From: Chitinophagaceae bacterium
GTDB taxonomy: Bacteria; Bacteroidota; Bacteroidia; Chitinophagales; Chitinophagaceae
NCBI GenBank assembly: GCA_016786805.1
Contig: JAEUVP010000557.1
Span: 8,710-72,709, forward strand
DNA: 64,000 nt
Direction of reading: 5' to 3'
The notes below the pieces were generated by a model that saw nothing but the letters and a program-made list of their open reading frames with translations, did no database searches and had not been told where the DNA came from. The position numbers were made by a program, and so were the translations under genes. Shown here piece by piece: positions 9,478 to 18,715 of this stretch (position 1 is the first letter of the stretch; the number at the start of each line of letters is the position of its first letter).

Positions 9478-9509
9478 CATCCACCTGATACACAACAGAC
9501 AAATAAAAA

Positions 9510-9776
9510 TTGAAATTGAACAAGTTCATTTCCTTCCTGTTAACAACAACTGCAATTATTTTAATTTATGGGACCAACTATAAATGGAATTGGTTGCAGC
9601 ATCAAAACTGGATCATTCCCGTTGTAATCCTGCTAACGCTGGTTTCCGGCCTGCTGTTAAAACAAAAAAATGCCCATAGGAACCTGGGCTGGGGGTTAAT
9701 TGTGGGTTCGTTGACTTGTTTGGTCCTGCTGGCCCTTCAAATTATTTGGACCCTTGTATTCGCCGCAGGAATGTAA
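9510..9776 (+). CDS. small integral membrane protein (88 aa)
   Basis: Three hydrophobic helices. TTG start as given in the ORF track, so the start is uncertain. Confidence 0.45.
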   Translation: MKLNKFISFLLTTTAIILIYGTNYKWNWLQHQNWIIPVVILLTLVSGLLLKQKNAHRNLGWGLIVGSLTCLVLLALQIIWTLVFAAGM

Positions 9777-9802
9777 TTATACAACTTTAAAAATGCTGCT
9801 TC

Positions 9803-10891
9803 ATGATGACCAGGATTTTCTTCATAGCATGTATAGTTTTGAATTTTATGCCTGTGCTCGGGCAAAAAACAGATCAGTTTGCAGATTCCATCAGGAGGGT
9901 ATATCATATTCCTGAACTGAGTTATGCGGTGCTGAACAGCAGTACCACACTCGAAATGGCAGCATTGGGAAAGCATTCCATTGACCTTCCGGACACAGCC
10001 ACCCTGAATGACAGGTTTCATATTGGTTCCAATACAAAAGCGATGACGGCATTTATGATTGCCCGCTATGTGGAAAAAGGGAAATTGAAATGGACAACTA
10101 AATTCTTTGATATATTCCCGGAATGGAAAGCTAAAAGCAACCCGGCCTATTGGAATATGACCTTACAGGATTTGCTATCACACAAAGCAGGCATACAACC
10201 CTTCCAGGGAGAAGATGACCCTGAGATACCAGGCTTCAAAGGAACAAACCCGGAGAAAAGAAAACAATTCGGCCAGTTTGTATTAACAATAGAACCGGTG
10301 AAGCCGGACGACCAGCATCCCTTCATTTATTCAAATGCCGGGTATACCCTGGCCACATTAATGCTGGAAAAAGTCACCCGTAAAAGTTGGGAGCAGCTGG
10401 TGGAGAAAGTATTCAATAAAGATCTGAAGCTGAATGTAAAATTGTCCTGGCCTGAAAACCAAAAACGAAAAGATACCTGGGGACATAGTACAGAAAATGA
10501 TACCCTCAAACCGGTCCCTTCAACGAATGGTTATCATTTAGATTATACGGAGCCGGCAGGAGATTTGAACATTACACTGAAAGACTATAGCCAATTCATC
10601 CGGCTAAACTTAAAAGGACTACAAGGTCAGGACAATTATCTGAAAGCAGGAACCTATCAATTCATACACAATGGGGTCCCCAATTATTCAATGGGCTGGT
10701 TCAATGTTTCTGTAGACGATAAAGTGCTTTCCGTACATTCAGGAACCGGTGCATTTACGTATTTCACGATTGTGCATATTGACAGGCAGCAGGACAAGGC
10801 TTATATCATTTTTACTAACTCTTTCAATGCTGATACCCAGCAGGGAGTGAGATTATTGATGAGAAAACTAAAAGAAAATTACGGCAACTAA
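9803..10891 (+). CDS. serine hydrolase, beta-lactamase (class C / PBP4*-like) family
   Basis: Signal peptide. SxxK (HIGSNTKAMTA), YxN (FIYSNAGY) and HSG (SVHSGTG) motifs. Confidence 0.85.
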   Translation: MMTRIFFIACIVLNFMPVLGQKTDQFADSIRRVYHIPELSYAVLNSSTTLEMAALGKHSIDLPDTATLNDRFHIGSNTKAMTAFMIARYVEKGKLKWTTKFFDIFPEWKAKSNPAYWNMTLQDLLSHKAGIQPFQGEDDPEIPGFKGTNPEKRKQFGQFVLTIEPVKPDDQHPFIYSNAGYTLATLMLEKVTRKSWEQLVEKVFNKDLKLNVKLSWPENQKRKDTWGHSTENDTLKPVPSTNGYHLDYTEPAGDLNITLKDYSQFIRLNLKGLQGQDNYLKAGTYQFIHNGVPNYSMGWFNVSVDDKVLSVHSGTGAFTYFTIVHIDRQQDKAYIIFTNSFNADTQQGVRLLMRKLKENYGN

Positions 10892-11104
10892 AAGTTATTG
10901 CAAAACCGGGGCTGGACGATCTGCTACAGGAATTTCGGAGAAGGCGACTGCCCCCGGCCAGCATTCAATTTTCAATTTTACTTTATAACTTCAGCAACCT
11001 GTTTACAAAAGGGCATTTACTGGTGTGGGCAGGCACAACTTTCAAATGTTGGTGGAGACCCTGGCAGGCACTTTAACTGCAGACAATTTGGAAACGCTCA
11101 TACG

Positions 11105-11902
11105 ATGGATGCAAAAAAAATCATTTTTATTCACGGGCTTCATGAAAATGCCCATAGCTGGACTGCATGGAAAATATTTTTTGAGAACTTAGGATATACT
11201 TGTCATGCACCGGATTATCCTTACCATGGTGGAATACCTTCCGTATTGCGGCAACATGCGGATAAGCGGTTGGCGAAAATTCGGCTCAGGGACGTAGTGC
11301 AGTATTACACCCAATTCATTGATCAGTCAGGAACTGAACCTCCAATTTTAATGGGTCATTCCATGGGCGGGCTGATTGTTCAAAAACTCATCCAGGCAGG
11401 TAAAGGATCCCTGGGCATTTGTATCACTTCGGCCTCCCCGCGGGGAGTCTTGAGTCTTAAATGGAGTTTTATAAGATCTAATATTGGTGTTATAAATCCT
11501 TTCAAAGGAAATAGTTTGTATTGCGGGACAAAGGAGTGGTTTCACTATGCCATTTGCAACACGCTGACACGGCAACAAGCAGATGAGATCTACGAAAGAT
11601 CAGTCATTCCGGAAAGCCGCAACATTCCGAGAAGCAGCCGGTTCAGTGACGGGAACATTGATTTCACCAAGCCACATAAACCCTTATTATTTGTAAGTGC
11701 TGAAAAAGACCACATCATACCCATAAGTTTAAATAGAAGGAACGTGGAAGCTTATAAGGACAAGCAAAGTATAACTGACTTTAAAGAATTCAAAGGACGT
11801 TCTCATAGTATTTGTGTTCAGGACGGCTGGCAGGAGGTAGCTCAGTTTATTGCAGAATGGATAACAAAAAATAACAGCCACCGGCAGGCAGTATTGCTAT
11901 AG
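11105..11902 (+). CDS. alpha/beta hydrolase
   Basis: Start moved to ATG 11105 (MDAKKIIFIHGLHENAHSW). Nucleophile elbow LMGHSMGG. The upstream 69 codons of the tracked ORF look non-coding. Confidence 0.75.
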   Translation: MDAKKIIFIHGLHENAHSWTAWKIFFENLGYTCHAPDYPYHGGIPSVLRQHADKRLAKIRLRDVVQYYTQFIDQSGTEPPILMGHSMGGLIVQKLIQAGKGSLGICITSASPRGVLSLKWSFIRSNIGVINPFKGNSLYCGTKEWFHYAICNTLTRQQADEIYERSVIPESRNIPRSSRFSDGNIDFTKPHKPLLFVSAEKDHIIPISLNRRNVEAYKDKQSITDFKEFKGRSHSICVQDGWQEVAQFIAEWITKNNSHRQAVLL

Positions 11903-12268
11903 ATGGATAAAAAAGATAGAATGAAAATACTAATTACAATAATTGGGATCCTAAACGGTGCTTATATGCTGCTGGACGGGATGTATGTCATTATGAACGG
12001 GAAATACATTGGGCCGGAAAAGCCAGGACCCTGGGCGGAGTTATTTTATAAGCTTAATATAGATGTATTTAAACTGGGCTGGCTATTTCTACTGTTTGGT
12101 ATTCTTTGGCTGACCTGGTTGTATGGCCTGTGGGCAAATAAAGATTGGGCATTTGTTTATGGCATTACTTTAAGCGCCTTAACCCTATGGTACTTTCCGG
12201 TCGGAACATTATTCTCCCTCATAACTATGGCAGTCTTAGTTCTGTACCGGCACAAAATTGGCTTATGA
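11903..12268 (+). CDS. integral membrane protein (121 aa)
   Basis: Four hydrophobic segments. Starts immediately after the hydrolase stop. Confidence 0.5.
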   Translation: MDKKDRMKILITIIGILNGAYMLLDGMYVIMNGKYIGPEKPGPWAELFYKLNIDVFKLGWLFLLFGILWLTWLYGLWANKDWAFVYGITLSALTLWYFPVGTLFSLITMAVLVLYRHKIGL

Positions 12269-12280
12269 AAAATTACAGTA

Positions 12281-12865
12281 TTGACTTCACAGCAACAAAC
12301 CCGGGCAACGGATACAATGACAACACAGGAGATTTTAAACAGTCTGGGAAAATTCTCAAATGCTGATACAGAACTTTTTGAAAAACATTCCGCAAGGAAA
12401 ATGCTGAACAAAAATGAAGTACTACTATGCGAAGGCGAAATTTGTAAATCCTTTTATTTCATTTTATCTGGTTCATTTTCACAATTCCAAACTGGCGAAA
12501 TAGATGATGTTATTCTTGATTTACACGTACATGATGAGTGGATGTTCAATCAACAAAGCCTGACAGAACAAACACCATCCGCTACGACCATTAAAGCATT
12601 CTCAAAATCAGCAATTATTGAGCTGAGTTTAAACAGCCTTCATAGCCTTTGTTCAAGATCACATTCCTTTCTTCAGTTTGGTAAAATCCTCAACCAGGCA
12701 AAAAACAGGACTTTCATCTTTGACAATTCCCTTAATCCAACTGAAAAATATAGCTACATCAACAAATCTAAACCACAATTAACAAAAGTGTTTCCAATTA
12801 AAATGATTGCTTCCTATCTTAAGATGGCACCTGAAACCTTAAGCAGGGTCAGGGCCAACTATTGA
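12281..12865 (+). CDS. Crp/Fnr family transcriptional regulator
   Basis: Beta-roll (FYFILSGSFSQFQTGE) and HTH (FPIKMIASYLKMAPETLSRVR). The true start may be ATG 12317. Confidence 0.8.
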   Translation: MTSQQQTRATDTMTTQEILNSLGKFSNADTELFEKHSARKMLNKNEVLLCEGEICKSFYFILSGSFSQFQTGEIDDVILDLHVHDEWMFNQQSLTEQTPSATTIKAFSKSAIIELSLNSLHSLCSRSHSFLQFGKILNQAKNRTFIFDNSLNPTEKYSYINKSKPQLTKVFPIKMIASYLKMAPETLSRVRANY

Positions 12866-12870
12866 ATTTA

Positions 12871-12914
12871 CTGATTTCAATCAAGTTGCTTTTGTTGTCC
12901 ATCCTCCACCTTTA
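12871..12914 (+). promoter_or_regulatory. FNR-type box CTGATTTCAATCAA (12871-12884) plus degenerate -7-like CACCTTTA (12907-12914)
   Basis: Close to the classical FNR consensus TTGAT-N4-ATCAA. 6 nt after the regulator stop. Spacing 36 nt. The -7 element is weak. Confidence 0.45.
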
Positions 12915-12925
12915 CAAAAAAATAT

Positions 12926-13282
12926 ATGCTGACAACCATTATTCCCAAACTCCCGATGCGCAGCAAGGCTGCCACCAGGGACTTTTATATAACCCAATTA
13001 GGTTTTACCGACATTGGTAGCGCTGACTTCGAAGGTTATTTATTAATGAAGAAAGACAATGCAGAAATTCATTTTTTTGAATACAAAGAACTTGACCCCA
13101 ACGAAAATTATGGACAGGTGTATATTCGTACCACCGGCATTGAAATGCTGTATCAATCCATGCTGGAGAATAATAATAGCATACACCCGGCAGGTCATTT
13201 ACAAACCAAACCCTGGGGACAAAAGGAATTTGCCATGCTAGATCCGGATAACAACTTGCTTACTTTTGGACAACCTGCATAG
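12926..13282 (+). CDS. VOC family protein (glyoxalase / bleomycin-resistance fold)
   Basis: 118 aa. IPKLPMRSKAATRDFYITQLGF... and C-terminal KPWGQKEFAMLDPDNNLLTFGQ, typical of the bleomycin-resistance/glyoxalase fold. Confidence 0.75.
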   Translation: MLTTIIPKLPMRSKAATRDFYITQLGFTDIGSADFEGYLLMKKDNAEIHFFEYKELDPNENYGQVYIRTTGIEMLYQSMLENNNSIHPAGHLQTKPWGQKEFAMLDPDNNLLTFGQPA

Positions 13283-13461
13283 GGCTGCGGAAAACTGGCA
13301 TAGGAGGCATGAACTGGGTAAGTACCAGTCAAAAAGCTTTGTTACTGTCTGGTACTTGCCGGAGAAATAAAAGAAGGGAATATTGAAAAGAACTGATCAT
13401 TATAGGAAAATCGATAAGTTCGGGCTACTTTTCAGGTTCCTTAAATTGCTCCGGGGACTAT

Positions 13462-14694
13462 ATGTTATTTTTAGTTGGTATTACCTTTACGTTCTTCCTG
13501 GCCTTTCTTTTAGCCGGTAAGAAAAATAAAAGCCGGGCCGATAAAATTTTGGCCACCTGGCTTTTCTTTGTAGGGCTGCATTTATCCTTCTTTTACTTTT
13601 CCATTACAAAATTAAACTTCAGGTACCCGTTCCTCTTAGGCATTGAAATACCCATGCCCCTGCTCCATGGCCCCTTTCTTTTCCTGTATGTCAGTACGAT
13701 TACAGATCTGCGGAACAAATGGCAATGGAAATTGGTACTGCATTTTATTCCGTTTGCTGCTGCACTGCTTTCACTCGCAGTTTTTTTTTTATTACCGGGT
13801 ACCCGGAAAATAGCTGTTTATGAAGCCCAGGGCAAACCCTATGAAGTTTTTAAGGGAGTTTTGCTGGTTGGCTTCGTGGTTTCAGGCGCCACATATACCA
13901 TTCTTTCCCTGCTGAAATTGCTGGAACATCGCAGGAGGATCAATGATTATTTCTCTTTCACAGAAAAGATCAACTTAAAATGGCTCCTATATTTAATTTC
14001 CGGGCTGAGTATTATTTGGATGATCGTAATTGCCGGTGATGAGGAACTTACTTTTTCTGCAGTGGTGATTTATGTTTTTTGGATAGGCTATTTTGGTATT
14101 AAACAGGTGGGCATTTTTACACAAAGGGAGATTTCAGCGGAGAGCAATGAAACACCGCCTCTTCCATCGGGCGCTGTTACGGTTTCACCGTTTGCTGCCG
14201 GTGCTGAGCCGGATACCGGGGTGCCGCCAATGCCTGCAGAAAATGAAACGGAAACAACAAAATCCCTTGAGGGGTATGAGGAAAATCCCGGGCAGGCCGA
14301 AAAGATAAAGTATGAAAAATCGGGACTTACCGATACCGGTTTACGGGTCATTCATGCCGGGTTGACGGAATTGATGCAAAAAGAAAAATTGTATACGAAC
14401 CCCGAGCTCACCCTGGCTGACCTGTCGAAAATTTTACAGGTACACCCAAATATTGTTTCCCAGGTCATTAACACCATTGAACAGAATAATTTCTATGACT
14501 ATATCAATAAACAAAGGATCAGTGAATTTTTAAGAATATCCGCCCTCCCGGAGAACAAAAACTTCACGTTATTATCGCTTGCCTTTGAGTGTGGCTTTAA
14601 TTCAAAAACATCCTTTAACCGGAATTTCAAAAAGGTAACCGGTCTCTCTCCCACCGAATATTTAAAGAAAGAAAATACCTCCCTTGATCAATAA
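13462..14694 (+). CDS. membrane-anchored AraC-family transcriptional regulator
   Basis: About 220 aa with multiple TM helices, a low-complexity linker, then a C-terminal AraC HTH pair (LADLSKILQVHPNIVSQVIN ... CGFNSKTSFNRNFKKVTGLSPTEY). Paralog of 37479-38660 and 45931-47148. Confidence 0.85.
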   Translation: MLFLVGITFTFFLAFLLAGKKNKSRADKILATWLFFVGLHLSFFYFSITKLNFRYPFLLGIEIPMPLLHGPFLFLYVSTITDLRNKWQWKLVLHFIPFAAALLSLAVFFLLPGTRKIAVYEAQGKPYEVFKGVLLVGFVVSGATYTILSLLKLLEHRRRINDYFSFTEKINLKWLLYLISGLSIIWMIVIAGDEELTFSAVVIYVFWIGYFGIKQVGIFTQREISAESNETPPLPSGAVTVSPFAAGAEPDTGVPPMPAENETETTKSLEGYEENPGQAEKIKYEKSGLTDTGLRVIHAGLTELMQKEKLYTNPELTLADLSKILQVHPNIVSQVINTIEQNNFYDYINKQRISEFLRISALPENKNFTLLSLAFECGFNSKTSFNRNFKKVTGLSPTEYLKKENTSLDQ

Positions 14695-14719
14695 AAGAGG
14701 TTCAACGCTCAGGGAAACA

Positions 14720-14748
14720 AACAACCAGCTTTCATCTTGCTGGTTGTT
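14720..14748 (+). terminator. hairpin AACAACCAGC-N9-GCTGGTTGTT
   Basis: Perfect 10-bp stem 26 nt after the AraC stop. No U-tract follows. Confidence 0.45.
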
Positions 14749-14856
14749 AACAAACTAGCCTCATGATTTTTTTCCAGGTCAGCAGGTACCATCCTTCACG
14801 GTGGGGCGCAGGGCTGCTTTTCTGCTCCCAATTTTGCAGCAATAAATTTATTCAAA

Positions 14857-15849
14857 ATGAAAACAAGTTCACGGCTACTGCTGGCATTGGCCATCTCCTC
14901 CGTCTTTATGACAGGATGTAAAAAAGAAATGAAAATTACAGATGAAGGGAACCTGGTCCCTAAAACAGTTGAATTTGACCTGGGTCTGCCGGCAATTTCT
15001 GTAAATGGTACAAAACTCCACGCTGAAACTTTTGGTAATCCCGATGACCCGATGGTAGTGTTTTTACATGGGGGTCCCGGGGGGGATTATCGAAACGGAT
15101 TGCCCGTAAAACAAGTAGCAAATAATGGTTATTATGTTGTTTTTTACGATCAGCGGGGATCCGGTTTGTCAAAACGCCATCCGAAAGACAGCTATAACAT
15201 CCAGGTAATGTTCGATGATTTGTCGGCAGTGATCCGGCACTACCGTACATCCGCTGCACAGAAAGTTTTTCTTTTTGGGCATTCCTGGGGGGCTATACTG
15301 GCCGCAGGTTATATCAATAAATATCCGGCACAAATAAACGGGGTAATTTTTGCTGAACCGGGCGGCTTCAATTCAAAAAGCCTTGAAGAATATGGTGAAA
15401 AGACCAGGAAACTGGAACTCTTTAAAGAAGCCACCAATGACATTCTTTATAAGGATCAATTCCTGTCCGGGAAGGAAAATGACCATGCAATTTTGGATTA
15501 CAAGCTGAATATTTCTTCAAGTTTTGCCTTTGCCAAAGGAAATATTGAAGGCGTTGAAGGGCCTTCCCCTTACTGGAGAAATGGAGCGGTGGTGTTGAAA
15601 AGCCTGGCTGATATTGCCGATAAAGAGGGCTATGACTTTACAGCGAATCTCAGGTTGTATAATACAAAAGTATTGTTCCTCTATAGTGAAAATAATAAGG
15701 CCTACGGATTGGAATATGCGCAAAAAGAAGCCGCCTTTTTTCCCAATAAACAAATCAGCCGGGTCAATGGAACCGGGCACGAAATGATTTTTTTCAAATG
15801 GGATAATGTCTATCCTGTTGTATTACCCTATTTAAATTCTTTAAAATAA
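14857..15849 (+). CDS. alpha/beta hydrolase, proline iminopeptidase-like lipoprotein
   Basis: Lipoprotein signal (SSVFMTGCKK). VVFLHGGPGGD oxyanion region. GHSWGA nucleophile elbow. Confidence 0.8.
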   Translation: MKTSSRLLLALAISSVFMTGCKKEMKITDEGNLVPKTVEFDLGLPAISVNGTKLHAETFGNPDDPMVVFLHGGPGGDYRNGLPVKQVANNGYYVVFYDQRGSGLSKRHPKDSYNIQVMFDDLSAVIRHYRTSAAQKVFLFGHSWGAILAAGYINKYPAQINGVIFAEPGGFNSKSLEEYGEKTRKLELFKEATNDILYKDQFLSGKENDHAILDYKLNISSSFAFAKGNIEGVEGPSPYWRNGAVVLKSLADIADKEGYDFTANLRLYNTKVLFLYSENNKAYGLEYAQKEAAFFPNKQISRVNGTGHEMIFFKWDNVYPVVLPYLNSLK

Positions 15850-15854
15850 TCGCA

Positions 15855-16526
15855 ATGAAACAAATAAAATACTTTGCTGTAGCAGGCCTTCTGTGTATCG
15901 CTCAAACCTGCTTTGCCCAACTGATCAACTGGAAAAATTTATCTCCCCTTCAAAAGCACATCCTTTCAGTCAATGTCGGCTTAGATTATGGGGCAGTAGT
16001 AGGGATAGGCTACAGCAAACAATTAAAAACAAAGCTGCCTGCTCTTTTAGGTATTTCCTATTCCTTTCCTTCCGGCGAGAAGCTCCTGGACGATTTTAAA
16101 GTAAAAATAGGTGGCCAGGTCCGCGTATATAAAATAGATAATATACAGTTCAGTGTGGCGGCGCACGGAACGTACAGGAGATTCCAAAACCCCTTTGTGC
16201 GGCTGCAGAATTTTGGCAGTGAACTGAAAGCTGTTGCCGGGTACTATCGCCCCAGGTGGTTTGTAGCCGGTGAAATGGGTTTTGATAAAGCGATCGTTAC
16301 CCACTTTAAGCATTCAGCCGAATTTAAATCTTCCTTTCCAGAGGTCAGAGATGGTTGGTATGAGCCTTCCACGGGTGGCGTATTCAGCTATGGAATTCAA
16401 ACCGGGTATTGGTTCAACAATAGTGCGGTCACTCTGGAAGCAGGAAAGTTAATGAACCAGGATTTTCAAACAAAACCTTTGGTACCGATATACATCCGGC
16501 TGGGGTATAACCTCGCGATTAAATAA
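15855..16526 (+). CDS. outer-membrane beta-barrel-like protein
   Basis: Signal peptide. Alternating hydrophobic pattern. Ends RLGYNLAIK. Confidence 0.5.
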   Translation: MKQIKYFAVAGLLCIAQTCFAQLINWKNLSPLQKHILSVNVGLDYGAVVGIGYSKQLKTKLPALLGISYSFPSGEKLLDDFKVKIGGQVRVYKIDNIQFSVAAHGTYRRFQNPFVRLQNFGSELKAVAGYYRPRWFVAGEMGFDKAIVTHFKHSAEFKSSFPEVRDGWYEPSTGGVFSYGIQTGYWFNNSAVTLEAGKLMNQDFQTKPLVPIYIRLGYNLAIK

Positions 16527-16546
16527 GCAGGAAGGGTACTTCCTGC
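16527..16546 (+). terminator. hairpin GCAGGAAG-GGTA-CTTCCTGC
   Basis: 8-bp stem with a 4-nt loop directly after the stop codon of 15855-16526. No clear U-tract. Confidence 0.45.
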
Positions 16547-16698
16547 ATTAGTCTACAGAAACCATTGAATGGTCAACAGAAGCACGGGTCTGAATCGCTG
16601 CACTGGATTTGTTTATAATAATTTTGTTGGCCCCATATATTAGATGGGCTTATACTATTCATTAATTAGATCAATACCTAAACGTTAAAAAATCCGGT

Positions 16699-17133
16699 AT
16701 GAAAATGACAAAATTAGCAGGCGCAACTTTGCTGACCTGCATGATAATGTTCTCCTGCAAAAAAGAAAAAGATGCACAACCTTGCGAACGGACAACGACC
16801 GGTATCAGTGGCAGCTACAAGCTCCGGTCCCTCGAATACAAAATGACGCCAACATCCACACCGGTGGATTTTATGGCCTTCCTTGATCCCTGCGAAAAAG
16901 ATGATATCATACAACTCAAAACAAATGGCACCTGGATCTATACGGATGCCGGGTCAGTATGTACACCACCTGGTGCGGATAATGGCACCTGGACCTTATC
17001 GGGTAACGTGATCACCAGTGACGGGTTGGTGAGTGGTACCATACAAAGTTATGATTGCAAGATCCTGGTGGTATACACAGAGAATGTAACAGTGCCCGGT
17101 GACCGGTACATTCAAACATTGGTAAAACAGTAA
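16699..17133 (+). CDS. lipoprotein, unknown function
   Basis: Lipobox LTCMIMFSCKKE. Confidence 0.5.
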   Translation: MKMTKLAGATLLTCMIMFSCKKEKDAQPCERTTTGISGSYKLRSLEYKMTPTSTPVDFMAFLDPCEKDDIIQLKTNGTWIYTDAGSVCTPPGADNGTWTLSGNVITSDGLVSGTIQSYDCKILVVYTENVTVPGDRYIQTLVKQ

Positions 17134-17283
17134 CCGGTTTCCAGCCGGTACTGGTATTGGTGAATGCTTAATAAACAGGCATCCTTCCTTTCCAGGATTG
17201 GGATGCCTTTCTTATAAGTCGTCCCTGAAAAATCAGCAGGACGGGGAAATATCAAAATTGAAATACCTCTAAAAACAAAAAAT

Positions 17284-17667
17284 ATGAAAACAACAATCTT
17301 AAAAAGCACCATCTTCCTCCTTGTACTTATTTTCAGTTTCTCCTGTAGTAAGGACAAAGACAATAACAATAATTCTAGAGTGGTCACCTATGAGCTCACC
17401 GGCAACTATACAGGGAATAAATTTGCTTCTTACACAACAGCTACCGGCGGTACCGCCAATGAATCGGTGGCAACACTTCCCTGGACAAAGGAAATAACCT
17501 ATAACGCCAGTGTAACGGCAGCCGCCTTTGCCATATCGGGCAATGGCGGAACAACCGGCCAGCAGGTCACACTGGTGATAAAAAAAGGCGGGGCAATAAT
17601 CTCAACAACCACGGCTACCGCTGATAATTCCGGCAGCTTTACCCGTTCTGCATTAGTTATGTTTTGA
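17284..17667 (+). CDS. lipoprotein, unknown function
   Basis: Lipobox VLIFSFSCSKD. Confidence 0.5.
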   Translation: MKTTILKSTIFLLVLIFSFSCSKDKDNNNNSRVVTYELTGNYTGNKFASYTTATGGTANESVATLPWTKEITYNASVTAAAFAISGNGGTTGQQVTLVIKKGGAIISTTTATADNSGSFTRSALVMF

Positions 17668-17719
17668 AAGAAAAGATACGCAGGGCCATATGGCCTTACC
17701 ATTTAATAACTAAAATAAG

Positions 17720-18274
17720 ATGATGAAAACTACAATTTCACTGGCCTTCGCATTACTTTGTCTGCAGGCCAGCAGCATTGCACAAAAAGAACCAATTTCC
17801 GTTGCAGCCACTGCAGGTGTATACGTAGCCTATGGAAATGGTGGAAACATCGGTCCGGGTTTCGAAATAAAAGCCTCCAAAAAAATAGCTCCTTCTTCCT
17901 GGATCAGCCTCGGCCTGGGTTTTATCAACCTCTGTCCCATCCAAAAACCTTTTTCCGGGTACGACCTCAATACAAGGCTGGTGCCCGTCCTGATCGGGTA
18001 CAGGAAATACTGGAACAAATTCTACCTCGAACCACGCGCAGGGCTGGGCGAATTAGGAGGTAAGGTTAATATAGGTGAGGATCTCGCCAAACCTTCGGTG
18101 CTTGCTTTCATGTATGCACTGGGCACCGGGTATTCGTTCCGTAAAATAGACATCGGGTTGGAAGTACAGGGCGGAGCAATCGGTATGAGTTCACCGGATG
18201 CAGGCTATTGGTATAATAAACGCCAATACTATTCTGCCCTTAAAATCGGTATTCCGCTTTTTAAGATTAAGTAA
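17720..18274 (+). CDS. outer-membrane beta-barrel-like protein
   Basis: Signal peptide MMKTTISLAFALLCLQASSIAQ. Gly/aromatic-rich strands. Ends KIGIPLFKIK. Confidence 0.5.
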   Translation: MMKTTISLAFALLCLQASSIAQKEPISVAATAGVYVAYGNGGNIGPGFEIKASKKIAPSSWISLGLGFINLCPIQKPFSGYDLNTRLVPVLIGYRKYWNKFYLEPRAGLGELGGKVNIGEDLAKPSVLAFMYALGTGYSFRKIDIGLEVQGGAIGMSSPDAGYWYNKRQYYSALKIGIPLFKIK

Positions 18275-18607
18275 CGGTAAAGCCCGCCGCATTTGCAGGT
18301 GGTGAGTGCTTCAGCAGGAAAAGATATATTGGAAAATCTGCTGGGAAACTAATCAGGGATTACAACGTAAAAGTAATGGATCAGCACAAAGCGGGTTGAT
18401 GTATACGCAGGAGAAAGAAAAATTAGATCTGTCATCGAAAGCAGATCAAACGTTGTCAGTAAGAAAAATGTAACGGCTTTCTGATCAGAAATTTGGTGTG
18501 GTTAACAGGTACATCCCCCAAAACAACAGTCGCTCATACCGGGGATGCAAACTGGTTAGTTTGGTTGGAGAAGATCCAACTTATCGTTATCGTGGTTGAT
18601 AACGCAG

Positions 18608-18638
18608 GCAGGTAGTTTCCACTACCTGCTGTTTTTTT
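18608..18638 (+). terminator. rho-independent terminator GCAGGTAG-TTTCCA-CTACCTGC followed by TGTTTTTTT
   Basis: 8-bp stem at 18608-18629 with a T7 run to 18638. It lies about 330 nt downstream of the nearest + strand gene. Confidence 0.65.
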
Positions 18639-18652
18639 ATCCCTCCGGGAGG

Positions 18653-18688
18653 GCAAAAAAAACTGGCACCCCAGTGGTAGTGCCAGTT
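18653..18688 (-). terminator. rho-independent terminator of 18716-21154
   Basis: In the minus sense, AACTGGCAC-N10-GTGCCAGTT (18688-18661) is followed by a T-run (the A-run at 18655-18662). It begins 27 nt after the stop. Confidence 0.7.
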
Positions 18689-18715
18689 AAGAAATGAACT
18701 TTGGTTTTCCTATGG

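Noticed and set aside
10898-11104. N-terminal extensions of tracked ORFs (also 30264-30623, 35066-35191, 45731-45787, 38661-38693, 61263-61463, 62169-62195, 25479-25499)
   Set aside because: In each case an internal ATG gives a canonical signal peptide or family N-terminus. The upstream codons overlap a neighbouring gene or promoter element. Starts were moved accordingly.
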